Source: Alphaproteobacteria bacterium
GTDB taxonomy: Bacteria > Pseudomonadota > Alphaproteobacteria > GCA-2731375
Direction: 5' to 3'
Assembly: GCA_965232515.1 (NCBI GenBank)
Contig: CBDDPY010000002.1
Location: 5,536,001-5,600,000 of the forward strand
DNA length: 64,000 bases
Below the pieces are notes generated by a model. It saw only the letters and a program-made list of their open reading frames with translations, was not told the DNA's origin and ran no database searches. Below, piece by piece: positions 54,430 through 64,000 of the stretch. The position numbers and the translations under genes were made by a program. Position 1 is the first letter of the stretch; the number at the start of each line of letters is the position of its first letter.

Positions 54430-54857
54430 TGGCCCCCCTCAATCGTATCCGCGCAGGTGCGCCCGTCATGACAGCGCGCTGCTTTTCCAACATGCCTCGA
54501 TCGTTGATGCAATCATAGCGGGATACTGGGCGGTGCGCCTGCACTTATTTCTAGCCTCGGCAAATTGTCTTTTCCCGTTTGCATCCGTATGCCGAGCGAA
54601 ATCGGCACGATGTCGACCGTGACTGCCGACAGCGCAAACTCCGGATCGCCATCGGCTGGAACGTCGCCAGGCATTCCCTTGACGCCTTCGGGAAGTCTCC
54701 GGAACACAATTCGTTTCGATATTTTTAGAAATATCGTAATAAATTGATTTCAAACATTTCTTTTTCCTTGACGTTCCTGTGCATGGGGTTGTTCCGCAAT
54801 CTCCCCTGCGCGACACCCCCTGGTCCGCTATAGCCCGTCGGGCGACGGCGGCCTGGG

Positions 54858-55250
54858 CTAGTCGTCGGGCTGCTTCAGGGCGTCGAGGGCGCGGCGGTCG
54901 CGCTTGGTGGGGCGACCGCTGCCTGGAGCGCGGGTGGGGGGCTTGCTGGTCGGATCGGCAGCCTCGGTCTCGGTCGGGCGCGGAGCGGGCGGGTCGAGGT
55001 CTTCGTAGAGGGTCTGGGCCTCGGCGGCGGGGCCGCGGCGCTGGCCCAGGTCGAGGACCTTGATCACGCGGATGCGGCGGGCCTGCGGGAAGGTGATCAC
55101 GTCGCCCACCTTCAGCGTGGCGCTCGACTTGGCGATGACCTGGCGGTTGACGCGCACGCGGCGGCCGTCGCAGGCCTTGGCGGCGAGCGTCCGGCTTTTG
55201 AAGAACCGGGCGAACCAGAGCCAGCGGTCGATGCGTTGGCTGTCCGGCAT
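54858..55250 (-). CDS. hslR: RNA-binding S4 domain protein (Hsp15-like)
   Basis: RIDRWLWFARFFKSRTLA, RRGPAAEAQTLYED, GRPTKRDRR. Confidence 0.93.
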   Translation of the reverse strand: MPDSQRIDRWLWFARFFKSRTLAAKACDGRRVRVNRQVIAKSSATLKVGDVITFPQARRIRVIKVLDLGQRRGPAAEAQTLYEDLDPPAPRPTETEAADPTSKPPTRAPGSGRPTKRDRRALDALKQPDD

Positions 55251-55259
55251 CCGCCGCCG

Positions 55260-57764
<2,505 letters not shown>

Positions 57765-57830
57765 TTCAGAATAACAATCGGTGCTGCTGGCCGGATTGGC
57801 AAGGGGGCCGGTCGGTGTATGCTTTCGGCC

Positions 57831-58253
57831 ATGGACGCGATCGATGCGATGCACCCGACGCCCGAGCAGCTCGCGCGGCTGGGCGCCACGGACGACGACG
57901 AGCCGGTCGTCATGCTCAATCTGGTGAAGTTCCGCGAGCGCTCGCTCGACGGCGACGGCAGCGGCGAGGACGCGTATCTGCGCTACAGCCGGGGCACGAT
58001 GCCGCTGATCAAGGCGCGCGGCGGCACCATCATCTGGTCCGGCCGGCAGGATCAGGTCGCCATTGGCGACGATGCCGGCGACGACTGGGACCTCGCCGTG
58101 CTGGTGTCCTATCCGAACCGGGCGGCGTTCATCGACATGATGACGTCGGACGAGTACGCGGCGGTCAACCCGCACCGCCTGAACGGCCTCGCCCGCCATG
58201 TGATCCTGGCGACGACGACGCAGTATTCCAAGCTGAAGGACGCCGGCGCGTGA
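57831..58253 (+). CDS. DUF1330 domain protein
   Basis: PVVMLNLVKFR, SGEDAYLRY, WDLAVLVSYP, HRLNGL. Confidence 0.85.
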   Translation: MDAIDAMHPTPEQLARLGATDDDEPVVMLNLVKFRERSLDGDGSGEDAYLRYSRGTMPLIKARGGTIIWSGRQDQVAIGDDAGDDWDLAVLVSYPNRAAFIDMMTSDEYAAVNPHRLNGLARHVILATTTQYSKLKDAGA

Positions 58254-59128
58254 GCGATTTCGAGCACGGCTATGCCGAGGTGAACGGCGTGCGGCTGCAC
58301 TATGCCGCGGCCGGCGAGGGGCCGCTGCTGCTGTTCCTGCACGGCTTTCCCGAGTTCTGGTACGCCTGGCGGCACCAGCTCGCCGATCTCCGCGACCGCT
58401 TCCGCGCCGTCGCCATTGACACGCGCGGCGTCAATCTGTCGTCCCGGCCGGCCGACGTCGATGCCTATCACCTCGACCACCTCGCCGCCGATCCGGCCGC
58501 GCTGATCCAACATTTCGGCTATGAAACGGCCACCGTCATCGGCCATGACTGGGGCGGCATCACCGCCTGGTGGGTGGCGATCAAGAAGCCCGAGTTGCTG
58601 GACCGGCTGGTGATCGTCAACGCCGCCCATCCCGGCGTCTTCGAGCGGCTGCTGCGGGACGAGCCGCGCCAGCAGCAGGCCAGCGCCTATATGCAGGCCT
58701 TCCGCAGCGACCGCGGCGAAGAGCTGCTGTCGCGCGACGACTTCGGCGCCTTCCGCCAGAACATCCTCGAGCCCGGGCGGGCGGCGGGGCACCTGAGCGA
58801 CGACGACCTCGACGCCTATCTCACGGCCTGGCGGCGGCCGGGCGGGCTCACGGGCGGCTTGAACTACTATCGCGCCAATCGGCGCCACGGTCCGGACGAC
58901 GAAGACGCGCCGCCGCCGATGTCGCCGGCCGAGACCCGGGTCGATGTGCCGACGCTGGTGATCTGGGGCGAGAAGGATCCCTATTTCGTGCCCGAGAACC
59001 TCGATCTCATGCCGGACTACGTGACGGATCTCCGGATCGAGCGGTTCCCCGACAACGACCACTGGATCGTGCACCAGATCCCGGCCGAGGTCGGCCGGCT
59101 GATTGGCGCCTTTGCCACGCCCGGCTAG
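58250..59128 (+). CDS. Alpha/beta hydrolase (epoxide hydrolase-like)
   Basis: HGFPE, GHDWGG, NYYRA, WGEKD, catalytic His in HW. Confidence 0.93.
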   Translation: MSDFEHGYAEVNGVRLHYAAAGEGPLLLFLHGFPEFWYAWRHQLADLRDRFRAVAIDTRGVNLSSRPADVDAYHLDHLAADPAALIQHFGYETATVIGHDWGGITAWWVAIKKPELLDRLVIVNAAHPGVFERLLRDEPRQQQASAYMQAFRSDRGEELLSRDDFGAFRQNILEPGRAAGHLSDDDLDAYLTAWRRPGGLTGGLNYYRANRRHGPDDEDAPPPMSPAETRVDVPTLVIWGEKDPYFVPENLDLMPDYVTDLRIERFPDNDHWIVHQIPAEVGRLIGAFATPG

Positions 59129-59131
59129 ACG

Positions 59132-59380
59132 TCAGCCGCGATCGCGCTCGCTTAGAACGGCCAGATACCGGCGCTTTGCCGTCACCGCGCCATAGGTGGC
59201 GACGCAGTAGGGCACGAGGTAGGTCAGCGCCGCTTTCCACAAAACCGGGATTTCGCCGGCGAAGATCTGATCGCCCTGGTTGATGAGCACCAGGATCGTG
59301 CCCACGATCAGGCCGACCTTCGCCGCCTGAACCGGCGTGCCGTCGGAAAACGCCAGCCGGAAAAAGCCGGAATCTGCCAT
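59132..59380 (-). CDS. NrtS-like small membrane protein
   Basis: VGTILVLINQGD...LTYLVPYCVATYG. Confidence 0.8.
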   Translation of the reverse strand: MADSGFFRLAFSDGTPVQAAKVGLIVGTILVLINQGDQIFAGEIPVLWKAALTYLVPYCVATYGAVTAKRRYLAVLSERDRG

Positions 59381-59587
59381 GCGTTTGGCCTTCGACCTTC
59401 GACAATCCGCGTTTCCGGCGGCGCCCGGCCGGCCGGCGGCCGACAACCTACACCGTCGCGCCGCGCCGGCCTAGCCAGCTGGACCCCGATCGGCCACAGG
59501 CCGTGTGACGGACGACATTTGACTCCCGGCGAATCCGGTGTAGAACCGAGCATGTATTTTGTCGAGGCAAGATCCTGAGCACTCTCC

Positions 59588-60436
59588 GTGGCTACCGCCA
59601 CCGACGAATTCCCCGACTTTCGGCGCGATACCGCCCCTCGCCGGCGGCGTTCGCCCAGTCAGATGGCTATGCTTAAGCGGGTCTTCGGCCTGGGCTTGAC
59701 GCTGGCCTGGCTTGCGGCCGGCGTCGCCTATGTGGTGTTCGAAATCGGCCTGCCGGCGTTCATGTCCTGGACAGCCGCGAACTATGCCGATTTCTCCCTC
59801 GGCCTGTTCGCGCCGTTGGTGTTTCTGTGGCTGGTCATCGGCTACATCCAGCAGGGTCAGGAGCTGGCGCATAGCCGCCAGCTGCTGCAGCAACAGCAGA
59901 ACGAGCTGCTGAACTACAGCGACCGGATAAAGGAAAACACCGACGCGCTGGCCAAGCAGACGGCCGATCTGAAGCCGGTGCTGGACAACACCAAGATCCA
60001 GGCCGCGGTGATCCGCGATCAGGAGGTGCAGGCGCGCCGTGAAACCCTGATGCGGGTGGTCGACGTGGTGTTCGACGACCTCGAATACCTGCTCGACAGC
60101 ATCGAGGACGGCGTACCCGAGTTCGACGACGCCTTCGTCAACAGCCTCTGGATCGAGCAGGACAAGAACGGCGACGAGATGGACCGCCGCTACCGCTGTC
60201 GGTTCATCGGCGATTCAGCGCAATACATGGCCGTCGAAACGCGATTTCGCGAGGCGCTCGAAGCGGAATCGCCGTCCGGCGTCAGCATCCTGCATTTCGC
60301 CATGCAGTTCGGCGCCTTGATCGAGGAGGCGCGCAAGGTCGACATCGACCATCTGGTGCGCGAAAGCCTGATCCGCAGCCGCATCGGCCGCTGTTACGTG
60401 TTCTTCAAGCAGATCGTCGAAAGCCAGAAAGACTAG
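59588..60436 (+). CDS. Membrane-anchored coiled-coil hypothetical protein
   Basis: Two TM helices, FAPLVFLWLVIGYIQQGQEL, Gln-rich coiled coil. Confidence 0.75.
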   Translation: MATATDEFPDFRRDTAPRRRRSPSQMAMLKRVFGLGLTLAWLAAGVAYVVFEIGLPAFMSWTAANYADFSLGLFAPLVFLWLVIGYIQQGQELAHSRQLLQQQQNELLNYSDRIKENTDALAKQTADLKPVLDNTKIQAAVIRDQEVQARRETLMRVVDVVFDDLEYLLDSIEDGVPEFDDAFVNSLWIEQDKNGDEMDRRYRCRFIGDSAQYMAVETRFREALEAESPSGVSILHFAMQFGALIEEARKVDIDHLVRESLIRSRIGRCYVFFKQIVESQKD

Positions 60437-60438
60437 CC

Positions 60439-60492
60439 ACGAACGTGCCGCGCGCCGCGCCGTATTGCGGCGCGGCGCGCGGCCGCGTTCGT
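60439..60492. terminator. GC-rich hairpin between convergent genes
   Basis: ACGAACG..GCCGCGCGCCGCGCCG-TATTG-CGGCGCGGCGCGCGGC..CGTTCGT. Confidence 0.6.
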
Positions 60493-61094
60493 CAGGCGCC
60501 GAAGGTCAGCGCATCTTTCGGCAGGTCGCGGCCCAACGCGGCGGCGAGCGCCGTCCAGTGCATGGTCTCGTCCGCGGCCAGGCGGCCGGCGGCCTGCGCC
60601 AGGCTGCGGTCGTTGAACGAGGGGATCACGCTCAAGTAGATGTCGGCCGCCTGCTTTTCCAGCGTTGCGGCCAAGCTCAGCACGTCGGTCTGTGATTTGA
60701 GCGTGCCGGCCTTCAGCTTCTCGGCATATTGCGCCAACGTCAGCGGACCGGCCGGCGCGCCGCCGAACTTGGTGACGGCGTTGGTCAGCGCCTCGGCATG
60801 CTGCTTGTGATGGCTTTGGAACAGGACCGCCACCGGCAGCACCTCGGGTCGAAGCAGGCCGCTTTCGGCGCCGAGTTGATAGGCGCCGATGGCCTCGTGC
60901 TCGAGGCCGAGAGCAGTGTTGAGGATGGCGACGTCTGCTGCCGGATCGGCTGCTTTGTCCGACTGGGCGATGCTCTCGCAGCCGACGATCGTCGCCACCG
61001 CGGTCGCGGACAGCGCGGCTTTGCCGGCGCCGCTCAACAACGCGCGTCGGGACCAGGTCTCGTCAGGTGCGTCCATCCTCTCATTACTCGTCAT
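60492..61094 (-). CDS. Tat-exported ferritin-like domain protein
   Basis: SRRALL signal, ILNTALGLEHEAIGAY, HKQHA, LEKQA, DETMH. Confidence 0.85.
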   Translation of the reverse strand: MTSNERMDAPDETWSRRALLSGAGKAALSATAVATIVGCESIAQSDKAADPAADVAILNTALGLEHEAIGAYQLGAESGLLRPEVLPVAVLFQSHHKQHAEALTNAVTKFGGAPAGPLTLAQYAEKLKAGTLKSQTDVLSLAATLEKQAADIYLSVIPSFNDRSLAQAAGRLAADETMHWTALAAALGRDLPKDALTFGA

Positions 61095-61248
61095 GTTGCA
61101 GCTCTCCTCTGTCTTTATCGATACGATGCGCGTCCGAATCCCGATGCATGCATCGAACGCCGCGGTATATTCCGCGCCAGGATCATATTGTCGGAAAACC
61201 GGCTTGTCGCCGTTCTTGATGTCGTGGCGGCGGCCGCCGCCTCGAATG

Positions 61249-62082
61249 TCAGGGCAGTTGAGTGGCCGCCTGTTGCGGGCCGTCCCGGCGCGTTCGCACG
61301 GTCGTCAGGTGCCCGACGGCTTTACCGTACTTGGACGCCGCTTCCAGCCGCACCGGCACGACAATGCCGGCGTCGGGCAGTAATGCGACCCAGACGTAGG
61401 TCGGCGGCCGCTCTTCCCGACGTTCTTCCTCGGCCTCCTGGGACTTCTTGAAGCCGGCGACACGCTCGATCGAGATCTCGCATTTCAGCGCGCGACCGGC
61501 AAAGCCCGACAATTCGCTGGGCGCCAGCACGTCGTCGCTGACCACGGTCAAGCGCAGGTCGTAACGGCGCCGGCCGTCAAATATCGGCACCGCCCGATTG
61601 CAATAGTCCTGCGGCCGCTTCACCACCAGACCGGTAAGGGTCGCGGACAGAACGTCGAGCGTGCCCGCGCGCAGCGCATCAGGCACCGGCTCGCGGTCAT
61701 CGTCGTCCGGCGGCGGCGTGATATTGGCCTCAACGTCGCCGTCGCGGTCGTAATAAAGGCGTGTCAGGCGCTCGTTGAAGCGCCAGCGGCCGTCCTGGCG
61801 GTGCCATGCGGGTTTGACGCGGCCGTCCTCGATGACACCCTCGGAACTGCTGTCGGATCGCCATTGCGCGATCAGGTCGGCCATGCCCTGCGTGCGGGCG
61901 TTGGCGTTGATGCGATAGCGCGTGCCATCCAGCTTGGCGGAGATGTCCATCGCCATGGCATGCAGGCCGGCGGCGTAGAGATCGATCCGAAGATCCAGCA
62001 ACAGCGGCTTGTCGGCGGCCTGCCCGGTCAGGGGGAGGGCGACGATTGCCGCGATCGCGGCCGGACGGAGGAGGTGTCGCAT
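61249..62082 (-). CDS. DUF3108 domain secreted protein
   Basis: Signal peptide, LYAAGL, TLDVLSA, IFDGRRRYDL, VPVR. Confidence 0.8.
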   Translation of the reverse strand: MRHLLRPAAIAAIVALPLTGQAADKPLLLDLRIDLYAAGLHAMAMDISAKLDGTRYRINANARTQGMADLIAQWRSDSSSEGVIEDGRVKPAWHRQDGRWRFNERLTRLYYDRDGDVEANITPPPDDDDREPVPDALRAGTLDVLSATLTGLVVKRPQDYCNRAVPIFDGRRRYDLRLTVVSDDVLAPSELSGFAGRALKCEISIERVAGFKKSQEAEEERREERPPTYVWVALLPDAGIVVPVRLEAASKYGKAVGHLTTVRTRRDGPQQAATQLP

Positions 62083-62189
62083 GACTTCGCTAACGTCGTT
62101 CGAATTACGCCGGCGTCAAGGTCCGGTCCGAAGATGTGATCGTATGACCGGCGGCTGTTGTCATAATGCCTCTGACGCGCCGTGCAAAC

Positions 62190-62660
62190 TCAAATTTTCA
62201 TGACGGTCTGCGCATCCGGGGTTGCGCGCTGGCTTTCGGCCATCCGGCCCAGCAGGCGATGGACCTTCTCCGGCGTGTGGCCGAGCTGCACGAACGCTTC
62301 GCCGGCCTTGGCGATGTCCTCGTAGCGGGCGATCAGGCCGTCACGCAGTTTGAACAGGCCGACACCGTCCATGAAGATGCGCCGTCCCTCGCCGGGACCG
62401 ACCTTGCCGGTGAAGCTGAAGGCCCAGCGGGCATAGCCGGTCTCGCCGTCGCTGACCGGATCGATCATCCGCCAGCGGAAATCCTTGCCGTCGCGGTAGA
62501 AATAGTTGGTCAGCATATCGCTGATGGCGTCCCGGCCGGTGAATTCGCCGTAGAAAACATCGTCATAGACGCCGTCCGGCGTAAAAGTGGCGGCCAGCGC
62601 ATCGCCGTCGCCGGCCTCGACGGCGGCGCAGAAGGTCGACAGCAGGTCCTGGAAATCCAT
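62190..62660 (-). CDS. NTF2/SnoaL-like protein
   Basis: FTPDGVYDDVFYGEFTGR, LRDGLIARYED. Confidence 0.85.
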   Translation of the reverse strand: MDFQDLLSTFCAAVEAGDGDALAATFTPDGVYDDVFYGEFTGRDAISDMLTNYFYRDGKDFRWRMIDPVSDGETGYARWAFSFTGKVGPGEGRRIFMDGVGLFKLRDGLIARYEDIAKAGEAFVQLGHTPEKVHRLLGRMAESQRATPDAQTVMKI

Positions 62661-62798
62661 GCACGTTCTCCTGTTCAGGCGTCTTGACGCTGTCGGCCGC
62701 TTGCCGTAAACAGCGGGGCCGTTGCCATGGCGGCGCCGACAGGCGCGCGTGGCAGCCGAATTAACCATCATTTTCTCAGACTTAACCGGATCAAGGCA

Positions 62799-63098
62799 AT
62801 GGCGCGACGTTGTGAACTCACGGGCAAGGCGGTGCAGGCCGGTAATAACGTCAGCCACGCCAACAACAGGTCCCGGCGGCGGTTCCTGCCGAACGTCCAG
62901 GACAAGACGCTGCAATCCGACGCGCTGGGCCGAACGGTCCGTTTCAAGGTGTCGACCGCGGCTTTGCGGTCGGTCGAACATAATGGCGGCCTCGACAATT
63001 TCCTGCTCAAGGCGCGCGACACCGACCTGTCGCTGAAGGCGCGCCGCCTGAAGCGCGACATCGCCAAGGCGCGGGCCGCGCAGACCGCGACCGCCTGA
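62799..63098 (+). CDS. rpmB: 50S ribosomal protein L28
   Basis: [10 protein letters not shown]...GNNVSHANN...RRFLPN. Confidence 0.98.
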   Translation: MARRCELTGKAVQAGNNVSHANNRSRRRFLPNVQDKTLQSDALGRTVRFKVSTAALRSVEHNGGLDNFLLKARDTDLSLKARRLKRDIAKARAAQTATA

Positions 63099-63129
63099 GC
63101 GCGGCGCCCTGCCGCCGGCGGGTTCTGTC

Positions 63130-63684
63130 ATGAACGACACGGGGTTCCGGCCGCTGGTCCTGCCGGTGATCGCGATGATCTGCGTGGTCGTCGCCTCGAA
63201 CGTGGCCGTGCAGTATCCCTTCACGCCGCTCGGCCTTGCCGACTGGCTCACCTGGGGCGCGTTCACTTATCCCATTGCCTTTCTGGTGACGGACCTGACG
63301 AACCGTCGGTTCGGCGCGGCGGCAACGCGGAACGTTGTCTATGTCGGGTTCGCGCTTGCCGTTGTGCTGTCGGTCGTTGCCGCCGGCTGGCGGGTTGCCG
63401 TCGCCTCGGGGACGGCGTTCCTGATCGCGCAGCTGCTGGATGTGTTCATCTTCGACCGCCTGCGCAAGGCGGCCTGGTGGCAGGCGCCGCTGGCGTCGTC
63501 GCTGCTGGGCTCGGCCGTCGACACGGCGTTGTTCTTCAGTCTCGCCTTCGCTTATACCGGTCTGCCCTGGCATACCTGGGCGATGGGCGATTTCGCCGCC
63601 AAGCTGATCATGGCCGCGGCCCTGCTGCTGCCGTTCCGCGCCGCCATGCGCTGGATCGCGCCGCAGCCCGCTGCCGCTCGTTAA
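63130..63684 (+). CDS. Queuosine precursor transporter (VUT/YhhQ family)
   Basis: ASNVAVQ, TWGAFTYPIAFLVTDL, ASGTAFLIAQLLD, DTALFFSLAF. Confidence 0.9.
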   Translation: MNDTGFRPLVLPVIAMICVVVASNVAVQYPFTPLGLADWLTWGAFTYPIAFLVTDLTNRRFGAAATRNVVYVGFALAVVLSVVAAGWRVAVASGTAFLIAQLLDVFIFDRLRKAAWWQAPLASSLLGSAVDTALFFSLAFAYTGLPWHTWAMGDFAAKLIMAAALLLPFRAAMRWIAPQPAAAR

Positions 63685-64000
63685 CCGGTTTCGTCAAGCG
63701 CGAACAACAACAACAGTGTCCGCTGCAGCAGGCGGTTGAAGTTGTCGTCCGACAGGATGTAGATCAGCGTCGCGCCGTCGGGATCGCGGTCGACGGCGAT
63801 GCCTTCGAAATTGTCGACGCTGAGCGACCGTTCGAGCCGCGCCAGCTCTGTGCCGACGAGGCGTGCGCCGGGTCTGATCGTGTTTCTCGAGATCCGCTGC
63901 ACCCGTCCGGCGACCCCGCCCACGGCGGTGAAGCGTCGCTCCAGAGCAATGACGTCGCCGTCGGGAAGGACGGCAAAATCAGTCGGCTTGAATTGGCCGG
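63681..64000 (-). CDS. Esterase-like activity of phytase family protein, 5'-truncated by window edge
   Basis: LPDGDVIALERRF, DNFEGIAV, ILSDDNF...QRTLLL. Confidence 0.85.
   Translation of the reverse strand, partial: GQFKPTDFAVLPDGDVIALERRFTAVGGVAGRVQRISRNTIRPGARLVGTELARLERSLSVDNFEGIAVDRDPDGATLIYILSDDNFNRLLQRTLLLLFALDETG

Noticed and set aside
54513-54707. 64-aa ORF upstream of the AT-rich membrane gene
   Set aside because: Short, no recognisable motif; cannot be supported as a gene.

Overview
High-GC bacterial DNA, most likely an alphaproteobacterium of Rhodospirillales-like type. That call is inferred from the carD-fdxA-rpoH2-M48-thermonuclease block, the SUV3-like helicase/S4 pair, rpmB, a CtrA box and CGTC-type palindromic repeats. 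The window holds about 70 CDS, one tRNA-Arg(CCT) and one complete IS30-family element; I found no rRNA or CRISPR. Core genes alternate with accessory DNA, and about 21 kb separates the usually adjacent S4 and fdxA genes. Most notable: (1) a 985-aa P-loop NTPase-Ser/Thr kinase-FHA fusion; (2) a full-length tyrosine integrase lacking four of six catalytic residues; (3) a GIY-YIG nuclease gene bracketed by inverted palindromic repeats; (4) an AT-richer array of small immunity-like genes (barstar, DUF6959-like, HEAT) with no toxin; (5) at least five families of intergenic palindromic repeats, including a four-copy 80-bp multi-hairpin element with compensatory changes; (6) an IS30 inserted in a REP that supplies its stop codon; (7) a 124-nt rod-like hairpin that may be an ncRNA. 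All product calls come from motif recognition by eye; no database searches were run, and most start codons are best guesses.
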